Shown here piece after piece: positions 29,844 to 38,207 of a stretch of 64,000 bases of DNA (the first letter of the stretch is position 1; every line of letters begins with the position of its first letter). This stretch comes from Bdellovibrionales bacterium. Its GTDB lineage: Bacteria > Bdellovibrionota > Bdellovibrionia > Bdellovibrionales > JAGQZY01. Below the pieces are notes generated by a model. That model worked only from the letters and a program-made list of their open reading frames with translations. It ran no database searches and was not told where the DNA came from. Made by a program: the position numbers and the translations under genes. The stretch is taken from the NCBI GenBank assembly GCA_031426555.1, contig JANPLN010000067.1, positions 1-64,000 of the forward strand, read 5' to 3'.

Positions 29844-31022
29844 TTAATTAATCTCTTGAAGTATTTTCTGTATTTCTGAGTCGCTGCTGGATGCATTTAC
29901 GTAAAGAGTGTCTTGGCGGAATGCGCTTTTAGCATAGTATGCGAGGTATATTTTTTTAATTTTATCGTTTTTACTTTTTATAAGTTTTTTATTTTTCCAA
30001 ACTTTTTCAACGCAATCAATATAGTCGTAAGTTAAATCTTCGTTGAGCATGTTCATTTCAATAGATAACTCCTCGGCAAGCGAAAGCTCCATCTCTAAAG
30101 CATCCACAACTTTGGGTAATAACGTAAGTCCGGCTCCCTCACTGGCTAACCATAACTTTTTTAAGCTGCTACGATAAAATTTATTGTCGCTATTTTGATG
30201 GCGAATACTTAACTCGTTCACCGAATTTGATGCCAAAACAGCTTCCAATGATGAAGAGTTTTGAGAAAGTGTCTTTATCACGCGTTCAAATTCTCGGTTT
30301 TGATTAACATCATCCAAATCGAATTTCAAAATCACTTTTTTCTTTAAAGGATTTACTCTAGAAAAAAACCTAGCCGAAGAAACTAGCTTCTTGTAGGCGA
30401 TAGAGAAAGCGTCCTGATATTGTTCTTCATTAAGTCTAATTTTTCCATGCTCTATAAAAATATAATCTGAACTTCCAACCTCTATTAAGTTAATAATTGA
30501 AGACAGCTCATTGAGTTTTGCAATATTTTGTTGCCAAAATTTTAGCTCGGCTGAAAGTCTATCAAACTCTTTTTTTTCAACTCGGTAAAGGTCGATTCCG
30601 AGATCTAAATCCAAAAGAAGACTGTTCTGGATATTGAACTTGGCATCAAACAGCACCAGGTAATCTAAGATGCTCGTGCTCGTGTGGTCTACATCTAAAG
30701 TCAGGTGGCTTCTTTTAAATTTAGCAACCGTATAGCTCGAAATAGTTAATCGTTTTATCACTCCCGCTCTTTGTACGATCTGTGTTTTTACGGAATCCAG
30801 ACTCTTCCAAAACAAAGGTAGCTTTTCTTCAAAGCTGAGCTCATCAATTGGGTAAGTCGATTGCGTATTAAAAATTTCAACCGCAATTCCATGGTCATTT
30901 AAATACTGGACTACTGGATGCACAGCAGGATCTACCAGCACAGGTCCCGAAAAGGCCCGGGCATTAAAGTTTAATAGAATTACCAATGAAAAAAGAAACG
31001 TTTTGATACTTGGGTGTTGCAC
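29844..31022 (-). CDS. Exported hypothetical protein, visibly AT-rich
   Basis: 392-aa open frame, signal-like N-terminus (…NARA), GGAG upstream of the GTG. Confidence 0.7.
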   Translation of the reverse strand: MQHPSIKTFLFSLVILLNFNARAFSGPVLVDPAVHPVVQYLNDHGIAVEIFNTQSTYPIDELSFEEKLPLFWKSLDSVKTQIVQRAGVIKRLTISSYTVAKFKRSHLTLDVDHTSTSILDYLVLFDAKFNIQNSLLLDLDLGIDLYRVEKKEFDRLSAELKFWQQNIAKLNELSSIINLIEVGSSDYIFIEHGKIRLNEEQYQDAFSIAYKKLVSSARFFSRVNPLKKKVILKFDLDDVNQNREFERVIKTLSQNSSSLEAVLASNSVNELSIRHQNSDNKFYRSSLKKLWLASEGAGLTLLPKVVDALEMELSLAEELSIEMNMLNEDLTYDYIDCVEKVWKNKKLIKSKNDKIKKIYLAYYAKSAFRQDTLYVNASSSDSEIQKILQEIN

Positions 31023-31167
31023 GTTGGCTCCTTGGAGAATCGGTAGTGCTTTTAGTATTCCTTATCAAACAACTAACCACACGCTATTACTCAACGCAGA
31101 ATATTTGAATTGAATCTATCCTGACTTATAAATCTAGTTGGGAGTCAGTATTTCAACTACCCTTTCT

Positions 31168-31767
31168 TCACCCGTCCCGGTAGGCCGGCAAAAACTTCGT
31201 GCGTCGGCGCTCGTGGTAAATCCAATCGTAAAAGTTCGCCAAAAACATATCGCGCCCTTGCTTTCCAGCGACGGCCTCTTCGCGATTGGCCATAAAATAT
31301 CCACCGAGAATCAAGTTCTCCTTCTCCGATGAAAGCACTCGCGTGTAAGCCAAGCCTTGCCAAAACTTACCAAAGCTCTTTCCTCGCCGAGCGCCCGTTA
31401 CAAAGCGAGCAATTTGCGCAGTGATTGATTTTAGAAATTTTTGAAAATTTTCCCGCGAACTGATTTTGATTTTTAAATGCAAATGGTTACCAACATTGGC
31501 TTGGTCGGCCACGCGAACGCCGAACCGTCTTGCTTTTAAACTTATAAGCCTTTGAATAAATATTTTATTCTTCGCTGACAGTAAACTAAGCTCACCTCTC
31601 GCTTTATCTGATTTCAATACCAAATGGATCCATTTTTTTGTTGATAGTGGTCGTTCAAGTTTGCGATGACCTTTTGTTTTAGCTCCGCCATGAACGGTGC
31701 GTCCATAGCGCTTTCGCGTCGTTGATGCTTTAAAATATTCAAAAAGGTTCGCTTGTTTCGCTGCCAT
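31168..31767 (-). mobile_element. HUH (Y1) tyrosine transposase-like protein, IS200/RAYT superfamily
   Basis: WIHLVLKS, NVGNHLHL (HUH), FW and a C-terminal helix with Tyr (GYFMAN). Element ends not recognised. Confidence 0.65.
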
Positions 31768-32043
31768 CGGGGCAATATAGTTTCATTCGTAAATTTGTCA
31801 ATTTACTTACAAGATTGTATCTTTGCGTTGCAGCTAGAAATTGTTGATAAGAATCAATGGCTTCCGCTCGTTCACTTTGTTATGCAAATTTATCGTTCCA
31901 AGCAGATTTAGTTTCTCTAATGCAATATCGTCAGCGGTGCATTCATTAATCTCTTGGTTTTAAATACACGGAAGGTGACTACCTCCATGCCCCAAATAAA
32001 CACATTGCTAGACAACCTGGCTTGCCGCAGATATCACTGCTCT

Positions 32044-34068
32044 GTGGTCCAAATACTTGCGCTTTTTTCCCTCATCTGCACAACCTCCTTCGCTACGGAA
32101 ACTTCGAGCGAGGTGGATACTGCAAAAGTGATTCAAGAAAAGCTGCACGCCAAGGAAGACTCAAGCCAATTAGACAAAACATCGGGCAAGGAAGCGTTCC
32201 CAGAAAAGCTAGTAGCTCTCGACAAGAAAGCTTCTTCCAAAGAAAGAAACTTCGCCGACGCTGCCAAAGAACCAACCCCCATCGAGCACTCCAAAGAACT
32301 CCCTCGTCAGTACATCACCGACTCTCCGTGGGTTGAGGAGTTTTCCGATCGCACAACCCATGCGCCGTTTCAAAAGCTCACGCCGCAGCCGTTGCAAATC
32401 ACCTCTCCCAATTTCGAAAATTTATTTCAAGGATCCACCGCTGTGCAAGCCCGCACCCAGGGTTCGCCCGCCACCTCCATTCGCGGTTCTTCGCAAGCCG
32501 CTCGCGTGCTGTATTTGCTCAATAACATTCCACTCAATTTTCTCGACGGCTTTGGCGGCTCGTCGCAGTTTGTGCCCACCGAGATTCTTCGTCAGATTAA
32601 TATTTTCGAGGGTCCAACCTCTGCACTCTATGGTGCGAACGCACTGGGGGGCTCCATTCACTTCGTCGCCGATCAGCGAAAGCACTCTCTCGTAAGAATT
32701 GGCCTCAGCGACACCGACACCAGCTACGCAGAAGGCGGCCCAGTGTCGACATCCAACATCGCCCTCGTCACACCACTAATATCGTCCGAAAAAGATCACA
32801 TACAGTTCAGCGCCTTTGCCGAACACGACCGCGGGGACTTCCCGTACACCACCGGATCGGGAGCAAAAAATCGACGAGCGCAAAACGACCAGCAAATTCA
32901 ACGATTCACTCTCCTTGGCAACCATCGACGCGAGCGCTGGAAGTGGTCCCATCTCCTGTTGTATTCTGATCTACGGAAAACCTCTCCGGGCTCGCTCATT
33001 TTGCCCCTAAAAACCGATCAAAAATCAAAAGCTCTCTTGGCAGGAGTCACTTCTGAATATAAACCTTCCTCCGAGTCCCTTTTGATCTCGCGCCTAAGTT
33101 ATGCTGGCCTCCATTCGGATTTTCTCGACACAACCACCTCAACATCCAACTCCGACAAACTCTGGCTCAGCCAAGCCTATTCCTGGCAGATTTTTTCGGG
33201 CGTGCTTTCGCAAACGGTTTTTGATTTTAATCACAACCTCTACAAAGCCACTTTTGCTCGCAACGAACGCTTTGAACGCACGGAGCCCGAACTCGCTCAG
33301 TCTTTTACCATTCCAGTTTTTAAATCCGCCTTCTTAGAACCCTCTGTTCGACATCTCTTTCGCTACAAAGAAACTTTATTTCAACTCAATGCCCCCGTAC
33401 ACTTTGAGCATGGACGCGTTTGGTTTTTGTACTCCGAAGGATTTCGTCCCCCGTCTCTTACCGATCTCTATGCCCAAACCAGTTACTTCGTAGGGAACCC
33501 AAATTTAAAACCAGAATACTCCCAGCAGTACGAGGTGGGCCAGGCCTGGACTGTGGAGGCCCTCGAAGTTTCTTCGTCGTTGTTTCTTTTGAAATACAAA
33601 AATCTTTTGCAAGGTTCTGTTTTACCAACCAGCGAATTTACAAAAATTAATGTGGGCCAAGCGCAAACCTACGGGATGAGTGCAAAGGTGCAAATCATTC
33701 AACCTCAATGGAGCACCAACCTCAGCCACACCTACATGTTGGCCCGGGAGCTTCCATCGCGGACTCCATTAAGGTTTTCGCCGGAGCATCAGACTTTTTT
33801 TAGCTTTAATTATTTACTCAACTCGAAGCGTTCACTCACTGTGCAGCAAACGTTGTGGAGTTCGATCTGGGATTTGGATTTTATTAACAACCGCAACACG
33901 CGCTTGCCGGCGTGGTCGAGCACAGACATTTTGCTTTCGCAAAAAATCAACAAGCTCTCTTCGTTACAACTGGGAATTTACAATTTGTTTAACCAAAGAC
34001 GAGAAATGACGTTTGGCTATCCAGAACCACAGCGACGTGCGGCTCTGGCGTTAGAAGTGACTTTTTAA
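32044..34068 (+). CDS. TonB-dependent outer-membrane receptor (BtuB-like)
   Basis: Plug motifs SIRG and EGPTSALYGANALGG, GFRPPSLTDLY..GNPNLKPE, YNLFN, terminal F. Start uncertain (GTG 32044 precedes the signal peptide). Confidence 0.88.
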   Translation: MVQILALFSLICTTSFATETSSEVDTAKVIQEKLHAKEDSSQLDKTSGKEAFPEKLVALDKKASSKERNFADAAKEPTPIEHSKELPRQYITDSPWVEEFSDRTTHAPFQKLTPQPLQITSPNFENLFQGSTAVQARTQGSPATSIRGSSQAARVLYLLNNIPLNFLDGFGGSSQFVPTEILRQINIFEGPTSALYGANALGGSIHFVADQRKHSLVRIGLSDTDTSYAEGGPVSTSNIALVTPLISSEKDHIQFSAFAEHDRGDFPYTTGSGAKNRRAQNDQQIQRFTLLGNHRRERWKWSHLLLYSDLRKTSPGSLILPLKTDQKSKALLAGVTSEYKPSSESLLISRLSYAGLHSDFLDTTTSTSNSDKLWLSQAYSWQIFSGVLSQTVFDFNHNLYKATFARNERFERTEPELAQSFTIPVFKSAFLEPSVRHLFRYKETLFQLNAPVHFEHGRVWFLYSEGFRPPSLTDLYAQTSYFVGNPNLKPEYSQQYEVGQAWTVEALEVSSSLFLLKYKNLLQGSVLPTSEFTKINVGQAQTYGMSAKVQIIQPQWSTNLSHTYMLARELPSRTPLRFSPEHQTFFSFNYLLNSKRSLTVQQTLWSSIWDLDFINNRNTRLPAWSSTDILLSQKINKLSSLQLGIYNLFNQRREMTFGYPEPQRRAALALEVTF

Positions 34069-34073
34069 AGGGA

Positions 34074-34205
34074 CTACTGATCGCCGAAAAGTTCGGCTTC
34101 CGACTCAGTCGTACCTTGATTGCGGTTCTTCGCTTTGCGCTTTTTGCCTTTTGTAGACAGTTTTTTGTTGCGGATTTTTTTAGTTCTATGTGTCGCCGAA
34201 GCCAT
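34074..34205 (-). CDS. 43-aa basic small protein MASATHRTKKIRNKKLSTKGKKRKAKNRNQGTTESEAELFGDQ (not in ORF track)
   Basis: AGGAGA RBS 5 nt before the ATG at 34205; TAG at 34074-34076; fills the intergenic gap. Confidence 0.75.
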   Translation of the reverse strand: MASATHRTKKIRNKKLSTKGKKRKAKNRNQGTTESEAELFGDQ

Positions 34206-34236
34206 TACAATCTCCTATGTGTGATGCAATGAGCTA

Positions 34237-35070
34237 TCAAAAGTCGAACCACATGTCAACCGAGTGAGCATCCCCTAAGCCTTTTCTATCTTCTTTCTGA
34301 AAGGCATAGGCCACCTTTAACCGCGGTCCGTCCCAGCCGACCCCAAAACTCAAGCGATTTTCGCCCAAACGGTCGTCTTGGCTAAAACCGGCGCGCAGTG
34401 CGAGCATATTCTCGTAGCGCACCTCGCCACCAACTTGGTGTCGAAAGCGCTTATCGCCGTTTTGTTCCAAAAAATAATTCATATCGTAGCGAAGCTTAAA
34501 CATATCAAAAAATCGATATTCGGCCCCACTGCCCGCCATTGGTATCACCTGCGAAAGCGGCCACACCGTGGTGTCAGAGCCCATAACCCCACGAAATACG
34601 GCGCCAACTGTGAGATTGGGATGGGCCGCCCAATAGGTTCCGAGATCGGCATTGTATTGGTTGTAATCGGCCCCACTCATTAAATTTGTTTTAATTTTAT
34701 AACCCGAAATACCTGCAGAAAGTTTTTGTGTGAGCGCAGCAGCTCCAGAAATCTGCAGATGCTGTTCGCGAATTTTTTGATCGAGAATTTTATTAGTGCG
34801 TTGACGATAAAAAACTGTTCCAGGAAAAACCGTCATCTCCCCGGCATCCGTGAAAAAAAATGAATACTGTTTTTGCTCGATGTTCGGCCCTGGATCGGTC
34901 TGGCTTTGTTGCAGTCCAAAATGTTTTGTTTTGAATTCGACGAGAGCCGCAGGATTTAAAATCGCCGATTCGTAGGGATGGGGACCGCCGATTCCCGCGC
35001 CCCCCATGGCATCAGCGACCGATCCGACTTGTGCCGAAGAAAAAAAGATCAGAATGGAAAACAGAATCAT
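34237..35070 (-). CDS. Outer-membrane beta-barrel protein (FadL/PorV-like N-terminus)
   Basis: AMGGAG…NPAAL, amphipathic strands and C-terminal DMWFDF beta signal. Confidence 0.7.
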   Translation of the reverse strand: MILFSILIFFSSAQVGSVADAMGGAGIGGPHPYESAILNPAALVEFKTKHFGLQQSQTDPGPNIEQKQYSFFFTDAGEMTVFPGTVFYRQRTNKILDQKIREQHLQISGAAALTQKLSAGISGYKIKTNLMSGADYNQYNADLGTYWAAHPNLTVGAVFRGVMGSDTTVWPLSQVIPMAGSGAEYRFFDMFKLRYDMNYFLEQNGDKRFRHQVGGEVRYENMLALRAGFSQDDRLGENRLSFGVGWDGPRLKVAYAFQKEDRKGLGDAHSVDMWFDF

Positions 35071-35072
35071 AC

Positions 35073-36368
35073 TTAAGGTTTAAGGCAGATACTCACAAAA
35101 TGCAAGCACGCAGCATTGATCGCTGGATCGCATGAGTTGGTACTTCTTGATTGGGTAAAATCATAAACTGGCGGGCGAGACACCGTTGGAGTTTGCGAAT
35201 CATCCACTCCGTAACAACTGCCTTTGGTATAAAATTTTGGAACCGCACAACGACGAGCCCAATTGATTTTCCAATGGGAAACTGGCAGCGAACGGCGAGC
35301 AATCTGAAAGTTTGCTAAATCAGTCGCATTTGTCGGATCAGCTGCATCGGGACAAAGTCTGCGCGCTGACGGAAAGGGATATGGATCGTTAAAGTCTTTA
35401 TCCGCGGGTGCTACGATTCGCAATTGCAGCTCCGACGGACACGACCATGTGGCTTTCAGCTGTTGTGGAGATGAAAGATCGTATTCGTAAACAGTGGCAA
35501 GCACACGCTTCGGTAAGTTGGGATGAGGTGTGTTGTTAAGCCCCGAGACGGTGTAGCCCCAGTTAGCAGGGTTTGCTACTTTAAACGACACTTTCAATCC
35601 CACACCGTACGCTTCGTTCGACGGAGCGATGTCGTCATCAGCGTCATCATTTCGTCCATCACCATCGTCGTCTTGGTTCGTGGAATACGACGAGCGGGTC
35701 AACAACATTCCCGGATCCAAAGGAGTGGAGTACCCCAATGTGATTAACCCGCCATTTTTTTCTAAAAAGTCGCGCATTTGCTGAGCGGCAGTCTCGGCCG
35801 CATCGAAGACCATCGTGCCCTGCATATAGGCATCTTTTTCAATCCCACCGGGCGCCCAATAGTTCATATATTCGTCGGTGTCGAGTTCGAGGAGAGAGGC
35901 CGACATAGCGCTCGAGCCAAGGTCGCCAAACACGAAATCGTAATCCAGCCCTTCGATGCCGAGAGTGCTGCCGGCATTCATGTAGGTCGTGCCGAGGTCT
36001 GACTGCTGGCGAACCGAAAACATTAATCGCTTATTGATACTCACAAATTCTTCGCTCAATTTGAGAGCGCGTGCTGCGCTGGAATCGCGGCGAGTTTCGT
36101 ATAAAAAGTCGTCGCTCAAACGAAGCCCAGCTGCAGATCCGTAAGCACCGACCCGCAAACTAAAATACACATCCGGTTCGTTGGGAACTCCGGTTTGCTC
36201 TGAGCATGACATGTAGGCAATTTGGTCAACCGAAGTTTCGTAAGGAAGTTTGTAAGCTTGTTTTACATCAAACATACTTTGCTGCGGTTCAACACCGCAG
36301 TTTTGATAGGAAAAAAGCACAACACCCGTGATTAGTATAATCATCACAATGGATTTTACTCGATTCAC
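35073..36368 (-). CDS. Cys-rich lipoprotein with YQNC-type lipobox
   Basis: GAGGGGA RBS before GTG 36368, signal ending FSYQNC, DDDGDGRND loop and a Cys-rich C-terminus. Confidence 0.75.
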   Translation of the reverse strand: MNRVKSIVMIILITGVVLFSYQNCGVEPQQSMFDVKQAYKLPYETSVDQIAYMSCSEQTGVPNEPDVYFSLRVGAYGSAAGLRLSDDFLYETRRDSSAARALKLSEEFVSINKRLMFSVRQQSDLGTTYMNAGSTLGIEGLDYDFVFGDLGSSAMSASLLELDTDEYMNYWAPGGIEKDAYMQGTMVFDAAETAAQQMRDFLEKNGGLITLGYSTPLDPGMLLTRSSYSTNQDDDGDGRNDDADDDIAPSNEAYGVGLKVSFKVANPANWGYTVSGLNNTPHPNLPKRVLATVYEYDLSSPQQLKATWSCPSELQLRIVAPADKDFNDPYPFPSARRLCPDAADPTNATDLANFQIARRSLPVSHWKINWARRCAVPKFYTKGSCYGVDDSQTPTVSRPPVYDFTQSRSTNSCDPAINAACLHFVSICLKP

Positions 36369-36523
36369 AGTTCCCCTCAAAAGTCCCCCGACAGATAACG
36401 CACAGTTAAGTCCAGGATAGCCGGAATCATTGCTTTGTGCATTAGTTATAGCTTCGACTGACTCATTTTGATACCTTTGTACCTCTACTTTTAGACTGTA
36501 TGATTTAGAATACAAGGAGTCCA

Positions 36524-37408
36524 ATGAAGCGTGTCCGCAAAGCTATTATACCAACCGCCGGTTTAGGCACTCGTTTCCTGCCCATCACGAATTCGGTTCC
36601 CAAAGAAATGCTTCCCATCGTCGATGAACCTCTTTTATTGCACGTCGTTCGCGAAGTGGCTTTGGCCGGCATCGAAGACGTGATTTTAATTTCCGGTCGT
36701 CGCAAAAACGCCATCGAAGATTTTTTTGATCGTCATGTGGAGCTCGAAGAAACTCTCGCCCGCACTGGCAAACACGATTTGCTTAAGCAGCTCAACGACA
36801 TTCGTAATATGGTCAACATTATTAGTATCCGGCAAAAACAAGCCCTCGGATTGGGGCACGCCGTGCATGTGGGTCGCCCCATCGTTGGCGACGAACCCTT
36901 TGCTGTTTTGCTCGGCGACGAAATCATGATTCCGACCACTCCCGAAACTCCCTCGGTGATTAAACAGCTGGCCAATACTTTCGATGAAACTGGTCTGTCC
37001 ACTGTCGCGATCATGGAAGTTCCCCCACACGACGTCACTAAATACGGCATCATCAGCGGCAAACAAGAAAAAGATTGGATTCGCGTGGATAACGTTGTGG
37101 AAAAACCCGCCATTGATAAAGCTCCAAGCTGTTGGGCTTTACCGGGCCGCTATATCTTTACGGCCGATATTTTTTCGCACCTCGAAAATCTTGCTCCGGG
37201 AAAAAATGGCGAAGTTCAACTCACAGATGCCATGTGCAAACTGGCGCAAAAAGAAGGACTTCTCGCCCGCTTTTTCGATGGCATTCGCTATGATGCCGGC
37301 GACAAATTGGGCTACGTCATCGCCAACATTGAAATGGGTCTTAAGCATCCGCAAATCGGTGCTGACCTCAAAAAATATCTTCAACAACTCACTGGGAGTT
37401 TAAAATGA
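36524..37408 (+). CDS. galU: UTP--glucose-1-phosphate uridylyltransferase
   Basis: AGLGTRFLP, PKEMLPIVD, LGLGHAV, VEKP and GEVQLTDA motifs. Confidence 0.96.
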   Translation: MKRVRKAIIPTAGLGTRFLPITNSVPKEMLPIVDEPLLLHVVREVALAGIEDVILISGRRKNAIEDFFDRHVELEETLARTGKHDLLKQLNDIRNMVNIISIRQKQALGLGHAVHVGRPIVGDEPFAVLLGDEIMIPTTPETPSVIKQLANTFDETGLSTVAIMEVPPHDVTKYGIISGKQEKDWIRVDNVVEKPAIDKAPSCWALPGRYIFTADIFSHLENLAPGKNGEVQLTDAMCKLAQKEGLLARFFDGIRYDAGDKLGYVIANIEMGLKHPQIGADLKKYLQQLTGSLK

Positions 37409-38199
37409 TGCCATCGTTTTTATTGATTCTTTGCCTTGGATTTTCGGCCAACGCTTTCGTTCCAAAACTCAGTACGGTTTTAGGAAAAATGGTAAGTACA
37501 ACGGGCGGAACAAAAGGTTTTATTTTAAAGCGCACCGTGACCTTAAAAGATGACAGCGCTGTGGCCAACGAAACCTGGTACATCGGTCATGCCGATTCCA
37601 TGAAAGTGGATGTGGACGGAACGAATGCGGATGGCACGCCATTTAAATTCGAAATTCTTTACAAGGGCGGCAAGCGCATGACAACCTCGGTGGAAGGGAA
37701 AACTCAAAGCTTTCCGCTGAGCCCTGAGTTTTATGAGCCACTGTTGCATTACCGAAGTTCGCGCGCTTTGCAAAGCCGGCTGCTCGCGATGCAATTGATT
37801 CCCAATAACAACTCGGCAGAAAGCGCGTCGACTGCTTTTATGAATCTGGATCGCTACAAAGGAGCCGTCGCTTATGTGCTCGGCGCCCAGGATTCGAAGA
37901 ATACTCTGCAACCCCCTCGGTTATGGGTGGAGCAAGATAGTTTTTTAATTCGTAAGCTGCGCATGGGCTCACAAATCGAAGTTGAATTTGACGCCTTTAA
38001 AGATTTCGAAGAGGGAAAAATTAAAGAGGCCGAATTGCAAACTCTTTTCTGGAAAAGCTCGACGGTGATTATCCAAAACACTTCGACCCAGCTTGTGGAG
38101 TCAAAGAAGCTTGAAAGTTTTTTAAAGATTCAAAAAGAAGCAAAAGCGACACTGCCGCAAAATGCCAACCTTAAAGAGTTCTACTCACGTTTTCGATAG
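37405..38199 (+). CDS. Exported hypothetical protein (possibly LolA-like fold)
   Basis: Signal peptide ending SANA; RLWVEQDSFLIRK resembles LolA-like strands; ATGA-coupled to galU. Confidence 0.6.
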   Translation: MMPSFLLILCLGFSANAFVPKLSTVLGKMVSTTGGTKGFILKRTVTLKDDSAVANETWYIGHADSMKVDVDGTNADGTPFKFEILYKGGKRMTTSVEGKTQSFPLSPEFYEPLLHYRSSRALQSRLLAMQLIPNNNSAESASTAFMNLDRYKGAVAYVLGAQDSKNTLQPPRLWVEQDSFLIRKLRMGSQIEVEFDAFKDFEEGKIKEAELQTLFWKSSTVIIQNTSTQLVESKKLESFLKIQKEAKATLPQNANLKEFYSRFR

Positions 38200-38207
38200 G
38201 ACCTCCG

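Noticed and set aside
31770..32043. Cobalamin riboswitch upstream of the BtuB-like receptor
   Set aside because: No recognisable conserved core (GGGAA…GGTG.AA.TCC…GC.ACTG). An Infernal/Rfam scan would be decisive.
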